A stretch of 64,000 bases of DNA, taken from contig NW_027191472.1 in assembly GCF_011745625.1 (NCBI RefSeq), positions 186,001 to 250,000 on the forward strand, in the 5' to 3' direction. Positions within the stretch are counted from its first letter, which is position 1. Each line of letters starts with the position of its first letter. Under the pieces are notes generated by a model. It saw only the letters and a list, made by a program, of their open reading frames with translations, was not told the DNA's origin and searched no databases. Positions 1-10,554 of the stretch are shown here, in pieces. A program made the translations under genes and the position numbers. This DNA is from Cladosporium halotolerans. Its lineage: Eukaryota.

Positions 1-1
1 A

Positions 2-919
2 CCAGTCGTCTGCAACGAGAACGTCGGCGAGAATCTGCAAGACCACGTTTATATGCCGCTGGGCTTCGAAGTCAACCCCGGCATCTTCACACTAGACGAC
101 TTAGCGAACGAAACGATCTTCAACGCGGCGTTCGACGAGTACCTCGCCAACGCCACAGGCCCGCTGGCTACTGTGGCCCTCGGCGGAGCTCTGCTCTCAA
201 TGGCCCAAGTCATCCCCTCAAATGAAACATACGCCGCCTTCGCCAAAGACATCAAAGCCCTGACCTCCAACACCACCCACCCCGGCCTCGCAGCCCAACA
301 CGACATAACCGAACGCAACCTCCTCTCCCCCCACGAAGCCGCCGCCCAACACATGAACACCGCCAGCGGCATGAACCCGGCTTTCGCCAACGACACGACC
401 AAGCTCTTCGCCGCGCCCACGGCAGGAAACTACTTCACCATCCTCGCCGTCCTCGAACACCCCTTCTCCCGCGGAGCAGTGCACATCACGTCGTCCAACG
501 CCTCCGCACACCCAGAGATCAACCCCAACTACCTCTCGCACCCCGCCGACGTCCTCGCGCTCTCGCACATCGCCCTGCACGTCCAGGACGTGCTCGCGCG
601 CACGCCGCCGCTGGCGGATTTACTCGTGGGCAACGGCACGGTTCTGCAGCCGGCGTATGAGCGGTTGACGGATGAGAATGTGCATAGTGAGATTAGGAGG
701 CTGGTGCAGAGCGAGTATCACCCCGCGGGGACGTGTGCGATGTTGCCGAGGGAGAATGGGGGCGTGGTGGATGAGAAGTTTAGGGTGTACGGGGTTCGGG
801 GATTGAGGGTTGTGGACGCGAGTGTTGTGCCGTTGCTGCCGAGGGCGAATTTGCAGACGCTGGTTTATGCGGTTGCTGAGAGGGCGGTGGGGTGGGTTTT
901 GGAGGAGTTCGGGCTGTAG
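2..919 (+). CDS. GMC (glucose-methanol-choline) oxidoreductase, C-terminal part; 5' end lies before the window
   Basis: Frame is open from base 2 (PVVCNENVGENLQDHVY). GMC motifs: VGENLQDH, PFSRGAVHI, INPNYL, YHPAGTCAM (catalytic His), VVDEKFRVYGVRGLRVVDASVVP and ANLQ (His/Asn pair). Stop at 917-919. Confidence 0.93.
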   Translation, partial: PVVCNENVGENLQDHVYMPLGFEVNPGIFTLDDLANETIFNAAFDEYLANATGPLATVALGGALLSMAQVIPSNETYAAFAKDIKALTSNTTHPGLAAQHDITERNLLSPHEAAAQHMNTASGMNPAFANDTTKLFAAPTAGNYFTILAVLEHPFSRGAVHITSSNASAHPEINPNYLSHPADVLALSHIALHVQDVLARTPPLADLLVGNGTVLQPAYERLTDENVHSEIRRLVQSEYHPAGTCAMLPRENGGVVDEKFRVYGVRGLRVVDASVVPLLPRANLQTLVYAVAERAVGWVLEEFGL

Positions 920-945
920 GGTTGTTTGTGGTTCGTGAGTGTGGC

Positions 946-3717
946 CTAGCTAGGCCCTGTTGTATCTGAATCTGCGTCCGACGGCGTCGAGGAAGTCCAG
1001 TCTTGGAGCAATCGCACGACAGTCACAAGCCTTGTCTTCCGCGCAACTTCTAGCGCCGTGCCGTACTTTCCAGACCTGTAGTGCATGTTCGCCCCATGTT
1101 TCAGCAAGAGTTGCACCAGTTCAGAGTCGTCGTTAGCCGATGCCGCAATGAGAGCAGTGTCATACTTTCCGCCAACGGCGTTTGCATCTGCTCCAGCTTC
1201 TAGCAGCATCCGAGAGATGGAAACACGGAGATCCAAAGAACTACCAAGGTGGTTCGAGCGTGTTGCCCAGGGATCCTGCCGAGAAGCCAGCTTGTGCAAA
1301 AGTGTACACCCGAAAAGGTCCCTTACGTTCGCATCTCCGCCTCTCGAGAGCAGCAGCGGCAAAACTTCCGCATTCAAATATTCGACAGCTGCGGATAACC
1401 GCGTATCGTAGAGAAGCTGCGGGGGATTGACCTGGGTATCCAAGATCACCTGCAAAGTTTCTCCAGTGCAGTTTCGGGCGGCCGCCTTGAAAGGATCGTC
1501 ATGATCCCGACAGTCGTTTACGCTCCACTGTGGTATTTCCCCAAACTTCGCCATTACACCGACAAAGCCATGCCGATTTTTTCGATCTGTTCGCGTAGCG
1601 TACGCCAGTATTGGTACTGGGAGCCCTTCACCGATCCGGACACCAGCGTCCGCCCCAAGCTGGAGAAGTAATTCTAGTAACTCAACATCACCATATAGCA
1701 CTGCACGGTCAACCACTCTTCTCCGCTGTTGCAGAACACTGTCTGAAGATGCACCGTACTGTAAAAGAATACGTGCATTTCCTAGGTCGCCGGACAATAA
1801 AGCGGCCAATAGAGGTTCAGAATGTGGCGGGTTGGGATCTGCTCCGTTTTCTAGGAGCAATCGCACGTCCTCGGGGTCCCCCCATGCATGTGCTGCAGTG
1901 ATTAGATAGCGATGCTGGCCTCCGCAGAACGCGTTCAGGTCGATTTTGGCGTCCCATTGACCTGATGTGATCATAGGGGATAGTGCAGAACCATGGTCGA
2001 GGTCAGGGGGGAGACGGGCCTGCGCGTAGCGTTGCAAAATGGCTCGAGCGAGCAATTTGCAGCCATACTGGAAAGCTAGATAGACAAAAGTAGTCGAATT
2101 TTCAGCTAACTCGACCTCCGATCCATGTCTCTTGCGATTTTTCCTGATGATCCAAGTCCGCCACGGGAATTGATCAAGGCACTCGAGGTCTAGGCATCCA
2201 CCAACGTAAGCACCTTCCATGTGGTAGTAGACCTGGTGCATGGCGTACGACAAAAAGAAATACCTTCTGGGAATGAATCTTGTATCGGCCACGGACTTCC
2301 CTGCGTTCGGTGACAAGTACGTCTGGCAGCACTTTGCCAGATCCGCATGGCTGCACCCTACCGCGGTCTCTTTCTTGCGATTAGTGATTTGAGCAAGACC
2401 AGCGTCGAGCATGTATTCTCTGACAAATTCGTGAATGAATTGTGCTCTGTAATTGGACCCAGATGCAGCGAATTCCACGAGCCCTCTCGAGGCGTTGAGA
2501 ATAAAGGATTCCATATCATATTGCACGGTATATTCGCGTTCCACATTGGACCCCTGGAATCGGTCGGTACTGTGACGTACTGCAGAGTACAGTTCTGCAA
2601 CGTTGAGTGAGGCCCGAGCAAGTGAAACAAGCTGAACAGTGCGAATCAGGCGATCGTCAGGGTCTTCGATGATGTATGCAAGCAGTCCCTCAAGCTCTTC
2701 TGGGATGTCATTGAGGGCTGCAATCAGTTCAGACCGAGTACAGCCGCGGTCAGCTTTTCCATTAAGCCTGCGTACGACAAGCACGACCCAGAGGAAGACT
2801 TGCGAAGATCGGTGACAAATGAGCTTTCCAAGTTCCTGGCTGAATGCTCCATTGCGGAGTTTGAGCTTATTCTTCACGTACTCCGAGATATCGCGCATCT
2901 GCCCTGTCTGCTCGTCAAGACGAATCTCTTCGCATTTTCGAAGGGTTATTTGCGGATAGTAGCGGCTCGCCAGACAGATGTACAGTTGCCAATTCCGGGC
3001 GTGTGCTTGTTGACCGAATTCTTCAAAATGCTCGAGTGCCTCCCGTATCTCCTCCTCCGGACATTCGTCAAGAGCGTCAATCAACATATTGATAGGGTGG
3101 CGCGATTCTCCTAGGTTTGAAAAGGCTTTTCTCCAGAGATTCCGCAACAATTGCACTGGCCACCCTTTTTCTGCGACATCCGGAGGTGCATGTGAGGGGA
3201 ACATTGAGCGGAGGGCCGGGAAAGACTGTAGGGCCTGTGACAAAATAGATCGGTACATTACCTCCACAGATTTCTCAAGCTCATGGCCGCGGGCGTTGAA
3301 GAAGAACGAGATGACCGTTTCGTTTGGGTGAGCTACTTTGATGTACTCATAAGCACATTTCATTATGGTCGACTTGCCCGACCCAGCTTTGCCCTTGATC
3401 CATAGCAGGTTGGAGTTAGTCTCGCGGTACGTAGAATCGCGCCACCTACTATACTCAGGCCTCTGGAAAAGCCAGGTGCAGGTGTCTGCGTGTGGCGGGT
3501 CGATACTGTCTAGGCGAAAGTCCATGAAACCGAACTTCAGGGCTTCGACAAAGTCAAGCAGCTGACCACCGGCGGTGGGCCGCTCTGAATTGCTGGCCAC
3601 GTTGGTGATACTTTGATGCTCGATGTAGTTGTTGCCATAGTGCACTCTAGCTTGGCCCTGCGCCACATTTGAAGAGTAGCGTGCTCCTGACTCTGCCCTT
3701 GTTTGAGGCTCCTCCAT
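946..3717 (-). CDS. Fungal NLR-like protein: N-terminal amyloid motif, NACHT NTPase, ankyrin repeats
   Basis: Intronless ORF with first ATG at 3717 (MEEPQ). Pre-NACHT TCTWLF..PEYSRW, Walker A WIKGKAGSGKST, Walker B LIDALDEC, helical VFLWVVLVV and FIHEFVREY. C-terminal ankyrin repeats, e.g. GGKYDTALIAASANDDSELVQLLLKHGAN. Confidence 0.92.
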   Translation of the reverse strand: MEEPQTRAESGARYSSNVAQGQARVHYGNNYIEHQSITNVASNSERPTAGGQLLDFVEALKFGFMDFRLDSIDPPHADTCTWLFQRPEYSRWRDSTYRETNSNLLWIKGKAGSGKSTIMKCAYEYIKVAHPNETVISFFFNARGHELEKSVEVMYRSILSQALQSFPALRSMFPSHAPPDVAEKGWPVQLLRNLWRKAFSNLGESRHPINMLIDALDECPEEEIREALEHFEEFGQQAHARNWQLYICLASRYYPQITLRKCEEIRLDEQTGQMRDISEYVKNKLKLRNGAFSQELGKLICHRSSQVFLWVVLVVRRLNGKADRGCTRSELIAALNDIPEELEGLLAYIIEDPDDRLIRTVQLVSLARASLNVAELYSAVRHSTDRFQGSNVEREYTVQYDMESFILNASRGLVEFAASGSNYRAQFIHEFVREYMLDAGLAQITNRKKETAVGCSHADLAKCCQTYLSPNAGKSVADTRFIPRRYFFLSYAMHQVYYHMEGAYVGGCLDLECLDQFPWRTWIIRKNRKRHGSEVELAENSTTFVYLAFQYGCKLLARAILQRYAQARLPPDLDHGSALSPMITSGQWDAKIDLNAFCGGQHRYLITAAHAWGDPEDVRLLLENGADPNPPHSEPLLAALLSGDLGNARILLQYGASSDSVLQQRRRVVDRAVLYGDVELLELLLQLGADAGVRIGEGLPVPILAYATRTDRKNRHGFVGVMAKFGEIPQWSVNDCRDHDDPFKAAARNCTGETLQVILDTQVNPPQLLYDTRLSAAVEYLNAEVLPLLLSRGGDANVRDLFGCTLLHKLASRQDPWATRSNHLGSSLDLRVSISRMLLEAGADANAVGGKYDTALIAASANDDSELVQLLLKHGANMHYRSGKYGTALEVARKTRLVTVVRLLQDWTSSTPSDADSDTTGPS

Positions 3718-5802
3718 TCTGACGTGTAATGTTGAGCACCCTGATCCCAAACCAGCGTTGGGCCTTACGTCTTGAGAAACTAGATGCTGTGAGGTGTGCG
3801 CTCAGCCTGATCGGGTTTTCATAACCACACCAAAAGCGTCATGTCAGCCGACGACTGCGGAAGCTCCTGCGCAGCATTTGCCGCGTCGGCTGCATGATGG
3901 CTGCATTATCACGTCCAGCTGCATGGGTCGGTGTTCCGCCCAACAAGAGGCCAATCGTCATCTTCATACGAGGAACTACGTGGCGAGGCAATTGATCGAT
4001 AGCGCCACATTGCTGGTAAAGAAGGAGGCATTCATGGCCCATAGAACCAGAACATTTCGATGGGAAGAACCAGGAAACGAAAAGGACAACGTGATACGCG
4101 AGGCTTTCGTCCTTCGAAGATACCGTACGCTGATTGGCTCCAGTAAGGACGCTAGGACCTCCAGGCTAAGTTCCAGTTCCTTCAAGTTGGTCCGATCTTC
4201 GGATTCCCACTAGACCTTCAAGAAATCGCAGCCAAAATTCTATCACTCTTCGAACGCCTTGTGATCTGGACAAATACGCCAACGGAACGCGTGCTAGGAT
4301 GGTGAGACCAGCTTTTTGCTCCACAAGTGCAGAGAGCACGTGGTATTCGGAGCTGCAGGTGGCCAGCCTGTGCTAGGAGCGAACATGCTCCTCGCGGCGA
4401 AACCAACGTGCATACCCGAATACAGCTGTCTCTGCATCCGACCACGTGGGTCTTTGTCTAATCCGAGCGTCATGACAGAATTTTGCAGTCTTGGTCATGC
4501 TAGGGTCACTTTATTCAAAGCATACTTCACCACTCTGTCATGCCCTGAAAGGCTCCTTCGAGGGGTCTTGGCGGAGCTTTTGATGAGAGGGTGCTTGTCT
4601 AGAGCCTTGTAAGCGCCCTAGTTTTCCTGTATACTTTACTGCATGATGATTCCAGACCTCCTTTCCGGGGTCCCTACTGGCGTACTTCGGTCTTCCTGAG
4701 CGTCGACAGCTTACCTTTCTCGATGCAAAATACTAAACGCAGGCATGTGCATTACGGTACCCCGGGCTTCTATTGTCGGCTGATGCAGTTGAAATGATGC
4801 GGCGCAGCCCTGTACTCGATGAAATATCACGCGGAAAATGGTTCCGCTTCGTTTATGTCGACGAGTCCACTGCAGGTAGCTGAATGCCATCATCTGCAAA
4901 AGCGGAATCCTCCACACCGATTGCAGCCTCTTTCCGAGACTTCATTGGACAGGTAGCATGCGTAAGCAGCCACCTGGTTGCAAGTTATTCCACAGGTGTC
5001 GGCTGCCAGGGACAGCCTTCAATCTTGTCCTTGCATGCAGCTTGAGATATCTGCAACAATGAAGGTTATTTCCATGGAAGCACGCATCGACTCGGTGTAA
5101 GAAGGGAGGAAGCGAAAATAAAATTCTCTGGTGTTTACAGAAACTATTGCTTCATGAAGCATATTCGTCAAATCTTCCGAAGTCTGGCCCCTAACAATTG
5201 TATTTTCCATTCGTATACGTCAATCAATCTTTACAAACATTTACGAGGGGGATCGATGCGGCCTCTGACGACCCCGGACCAGTCGCATAACATTGATGCT
5301 CGCCGGAAGCAGTGCGACACGATTTTGTCAATGTGGCTGCAGGATGGCTTTGCGGGTCATGTACCACCTGTTCGGTGCGGCATTGCTCCAAGGAGGTTAT
5401 CAGTCATGAGATTGAAGTCAAAAGGGACGCTTTGAAAAACCGTCATGAACGACTGTACGCTCATGCAAATCTCCAGTATCAACCAGCAAGCTGTCTGCTC
5501 ACGATTATTCGGCGTAACAGCCTAATGCATATCATGATTTCCCTCGAACGCAAGCCTCATGTGGGTCGGAAGCATAAGAACTTGGCACTCATCTCAATAT
5601 CCCTAACAGGTAAGCTGACGAGGCATCGGCACAAAAGAAGACTTTGGCCAGTGTCTCATGACAACAGGATCCAAGCCATCCCGCAGAAGTACAAAGAGAC
5701 GTCTATAAAGTCTCGCGTTATTGCACCACTCTGCCCATTTCTTGTCAAGAACTACCTTAGCCTGCCTTCCTGAGTCGAAAACATCACTCCGCTCCAGTCA
5801 CC

Positions 5803-6407
5803 ATGCATGCAATTTCGATCGTTGCGAGCTTCCTGCTTCTGGCCCTTAGCGCCAAAGCTCTGCCTCCCGTCAAAGATACATCATCCAACGGTTGGGTGAT
5901 CGAAAGCCTCAGTCAGTCCGAACACAAATTGGCCTATTTGCTCTCCACCAAGGACTATGCCGCCCTTGATGAGGTCATGACCCAAGACATCATCTACGAC
6001 GCGACTGATCTGGGCGAGTATGGCGGCAAGACCGAGGGCCTCACCGAAACCGTCGCTGGTCTTCGTGCCAACGGCGAGGGAGCAAAGGTCGAAGCGATCG
6101 TCTCCAATCTTTTGCTCCTCGATTTGATCTCACCGAAGAAAGCGAAGACAAGCACCTAGTATGCTTGCTGCTGTTGCCACACGCAAAGGATGCCTGCTGA
6201 CAGAATCACAGCATCACCAGGTCTCGCTGGGTTGAGAATGCCCTGGATGACATCAAGGAAACATACCGTGTGTTCTACAGATGCGAAGACATCTGGGTCC
6301 TGGAAGGCGGAGCCTGGAAGCTGCAATATAGCAAAGTGTACAACATGGGCTACGGAGTGGAGGCGCCATACTACGGTAAAACCGGTCCCACCAACGAACA
6401 GGACTAG
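5803..6407 (+). CDS. Small secreted SnoaL/NTF2-like fold protein (2 exons: 5803-6158, 6212-6407)
   Basis: Signal-peptide-like N-terminus MHAISIVASFLLLALSAKA. Intron 6159-6211 (GTATGC...GCTGAC...CAG) joins the frame to YITRSRWVE...YRCEDIWVLEGGAWKLQYSKVY. The KDYAALDEVMTQDIIYD segment and terminal D.WV..GGAWK are SnoaL_4-like. TATAAA at 5704-5709. Confidence 0.75.
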
Positions 6408-7616
6408 ATCGTGCTTGCGGGAGGTTTCGCCGTTGCTCAGTTGCGATGCCTTGACATGCGCATTTATCGAACCATGGCATGAAGGCAGCAAACGAATCCT
6501 GTCCAAGCATTACTGAGATAGTTCCGTTATCTCAATGAAGTATCGGATTTGTCCGATCCGTCCGTCACAGAGTATCCACATGTCTCAGCGAAGATGTCGG
6601 TCCTTGCAGGTTTCCAGTGAACACAACCGCATCCAGAGAGTGACACGTGCCCAACATATGCTGAACTTCGAGCTGTCGGTATGTGATATGATGGAGACGC
6701 ACCTCGTGGCGCCAGCACCTCATTAGGGTGCTCCGAACTGTCCAAGAGCATGAAAGATAAGCTGCTGAACAGCCCAGGCCCTTGAGTTACCTCTTCCCTC
6801 TCACCAGATGCATATCACGCAATATTTAAGAGTGTTATATCAAAGCTCAGACGCTGAAAGCCCAATGTTAGTGGCGCGAGGTGTTTGTTGGTATCTGGCC
6901 TCGTTGCTGTATGCGAAGAAAAGGGTCAGGCCGAGCGGAGCCGAAAGCCCCATTTTTTGCCCGAACTCCTGAGCGCACAATTCAACCAACGTCTTTACAT
7001 CACCCACGATCCAAGCACATCGCGCGAACGTCAATGTGCCTCCATGCTTTGTAAAATATTGACCGAGCTTGCTATCCGTGTGCGATCGTGACTGCTGCGT
7101 CTTGAGCGCCGCTCACCACGCCACGTCTGCACGTACCTCCTCCTTCGACTATCATCACCGGCTGGGCCATGTTGAAAGGATGGCCAGAGAAACGAATCTA
7201 AGGCTTGCCAGTGGGACGTTATGTAGGCATTTGGTGCCAAAATAATCGCTTCCCTGAACTTTTATCGCCATCACATTGTGGAAGGCCTGGTTGTAACCTG
7301 TAGGCTGCCGCTTCCAAATGGCTGGGCCCTACCTGAAGGATCCATGCTGGGCGCACCGGCCATGATCCACACGCTAACACGACCTTAATCGAATTACTAT
7401 CGACAGTGCGTATCTCTGTTCAGCATGTGCAACAGAGTGCTTTTGTCGAAGACTCCTTTGTTGCACTCCATGCCCGTGGGGGATCAGCGACGATGTTATA
7501 GGACTTGGTCCGTCGAAGATCTATAAAACCCAATTGGAAACGCTCGTAAGTGAAGCAATCAAGCAGTCTTTCGTTGATACCAGCTTCTTTCCTTTTTCAA
7601 TTTTCTGTGTGGCAAT

Positions 7617-9918
7617 ATGCCGGACCTTAAATCATGCCTCTGGTTGGCTATGCCTCCGACAGCTTTGCTGAGTTTTTCTTCTTTGATCACATATCTCGTC
7701 TTTCGCCTTTACTACCTTGCTACTGCTCAGCGAGTTCAACACGAGCATCCCGATCACGACGTCAGGACGAACGGACTTCGCACTATCGCGCTACCTTGGG
7801 TCTTCTTCGGTTTAGAGATCGTCATTCTACGTAAGTACTTATGACAACAATACAGCAAGAGACTAGCACGACGCTAATATCTCCAGTCCCCAATGCAATT
7901 CCATACATTCTCCGATTACTCGCAATCAAGCCAGCGAAGCGCGAGAAGGAGTACCTCACCGGCGACGATGTACCGAACATCGATGTGCTGATCACAACCT
8001 GCAATGAGGATGTCCACGTCGTAATGGATACCATTCGAGCTGCTTGTGTGCTTGACTATCCTGCCGACAAATACCGTATCTTCGTCTGTGACGATGGTGC
8101 TTCCAAGCCTTTGCGAACTGCCGTCGAGGCACACGCGCTGCAGCATACTCAATTGCATTACACTGCGCGTATCAAAGGTCCGGTGAAAGACTACAAAGCC
8201 GGGAACCTAAACGCTGGGCTCAGCTACTCTGGGTCTTTGCATCCACTGTCCTTCTCCGTCCCGAATTCGAAGGAAGGTCTTGTTGTGAATGAGAAGGAGT
8301 CCGAGTCACCGCAGACCGTCATAGCGACCGACACCGATGCAACCGGCAGTACAGTTGATCTTGGTATCGAACACGGAGTCCCGATGTGTGTTGAGCTGGC
8401 ACCGTGGGGCCAATATGTTGCAGGACTGGATGCAGACATGATTCCTGAGCCGCATTGGCTACGCACATTGGTACCGCACATCGATGCTGATCCCAAATGT
8501 GCTATGGTCTGCCCGCCTCAGGTAAGTAAAATGCTCAAACGATTTGGGATAAAGAAACTGATCTGACGCTTCAGACGTTCTATGACATTCCTCTGAATGA
8601 TCCATTGACTCAAACGATGGCACATTTCGCCGGCATGACGGAAGTCATCAACGATGCTTTAGGCCATGCAGATTGCCTAGGTTCTGGCTATGTCATGCGT
8701 CGTGCTGCTCTTGAATCCATTGGAGGTTTCCCCACGGAGTCCCTCTCGGAAGACGTATGCTGTTCTGCAACGCTACTTGGGGCTGGTTGGAAGACCGCCT
8801 TTGTTGCCGAAGCTGTACAGTATGGATCTGTACCGGAGTCTTATCTTGGACACGTCAAGCAGCGAACCCGCTGGGTGAGTCGATGGCAATGGTGAAGCTC
8901 GTTGCCCATAAGTACTGATTTGGTAATGCAGTGGATCGGCCACATTCAAACTGCCATGCTTTTCAAACTCCGCATGGGCTCCCGCGCAAAACATCTTAAC
9001 CTTCGACAAAGGCTAGCAGGCTTTGCGTTTGACCTGCGACAGCTTGTCCAGATCCCCATTGCGCTGAGCTACATCATCATCCCATTTGTGCTGCTTTCGG
9101 GCAGCCCGTTGGTCTTCTGGGCGACAGGGTCTCAGCTGAAGATCCTCATCCGCCTCGTATCGATCTGGAGTGCCTGTCATTGGCTTCACAACGGCGTCAT
9201 GGGTGCCATTGCCGGTAAGGGCAACGACTTCACCTCGTATGATGTCCGCATGGCTTCGTACGACTCTGAGATGGAGCAATGGTTGAGTCCGTGTAAGTTG
9301 CTCTCAATCTGGAAGCTTGACGATCGACTGACTTGAGTAGACTACTTCGTCGCTTTCATGCGGTCTTTCATCCTACCGAAAGCGCTTGGTGGCGTCGCTA
9401 CAGGCTTCAAGGCTTCCGGCAGCATCTCCAGCGACCTTCAAGAGCGATCTGCAGCTGACCGAGCGCCGCTTTTACGCAGACTCAGAGTCACGCTCTTCTC
9501 TCATCATGCCATCGTGCACTTGATCTTCGTCTCCGCGTGTGTCGCCGGCGTTGCACTCAACTTCGCTCGCACCTTCAGCTCTGAAGATATCCCAAATCTA
9601 TGGGACACTACTATCCTCACAACCACCAGGGAGCAACTCATTTTCCTCATCACCCGGATGGGCTGGCCGCCACTATTCTGGCTGCAATTTGTCGCATCCG
9701 CACTGACTCCCATTACGTACACCTTCTGGCCGCCTACTCAACCTGATCGCGAGGAGCTCCTCGATCGAGATGAGAAGACTGGGCTCGCGTATCCCAAGCC
9801 GGAAGCGAGAATGCCGAGCCGGACGGCGGCTGGCGGGTGGCGGTACGGGAGGGCGGCTCTGTCGATGGTCTACACTCTTGTCCTTTTTGTGGCTAATGAA
9901 TTGGTGGATCTGAATTGA
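7617..9918 (+). CDS. Processive glycosyltransferase family 2, cellulose-synthase-like (fungal CelA/Tft1-type glucan synthase); 5 exons
   Basis: Motifs in order: DVLITTCNED, DDG, KAGNLN, LDAD, PPQ-TFY, SED, QRTRW (QxxRW). Hydrophobic N- and C-terminal segments. GT-AG introns at about 7831-7886, 8522-8574, 8875-8931 and 9293-9340. TATAAAA at 7522-7528. Confidence 0.9.
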
Positions 9919-10554
9919 TCGAAGCTGGACTTACGGTAGAGTTGTTGGGGTCTTCATAATATACGGCGCCTTGTTCATGCGGGATTTAGATTGGCTTTAC
10001 GCTGGTTCTACGATTTAAGTCAGACATAATGTATGATAATCTAATTTGGTGCTGTATCAGCTCGGTGCGCTCAGACGTTATATTCAAAGGTATGTTTCGG
10101 CTACATCAACGAAAATGACGCCGTTGAGGTGGACGTGCATGCACGAAACCCGGCCGATCTCTTTGTTGTGTCACGACTCTCTGACGATTTGCGGCAACCC
10201 GGCAGCGGCCATTCAATCAAGCTGTTTCCACATATCGATCATGACTTCACTGATATCTCGGAGGATCTGATAGGTAGTTTCTGTATATCACCCTACTTAT
10301 GGAGCTGTTGTATGTGAGATCGACGATGCAGTGGGCCAGATACTCAAGTGTTGTTAGGGTTAGGGTTGTGGTCGCTGAGATCCCAGCAGATCACATGCTA
10401 GCGATACGAAATTATAGGTACGCGTTTTGTAGGCGGTTGAAGAGATTCTAATGGCATATGACCAGGCATTGACGGTGTCAGCCATTCCGTACCATCAGAC
10501 TTATGTCTCTGAGTGTTCGAAACTTGGACTTCATTGTGTGGATGGGATTGCCTC

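Noticed and set aside
10354..10367. TTAGGGTTAGGGTT telomere-like repeat
   Set aside because: Only two full units in an intergenic 3' region; compatible with chance and not evidence of a telomere or chromosome fusion.
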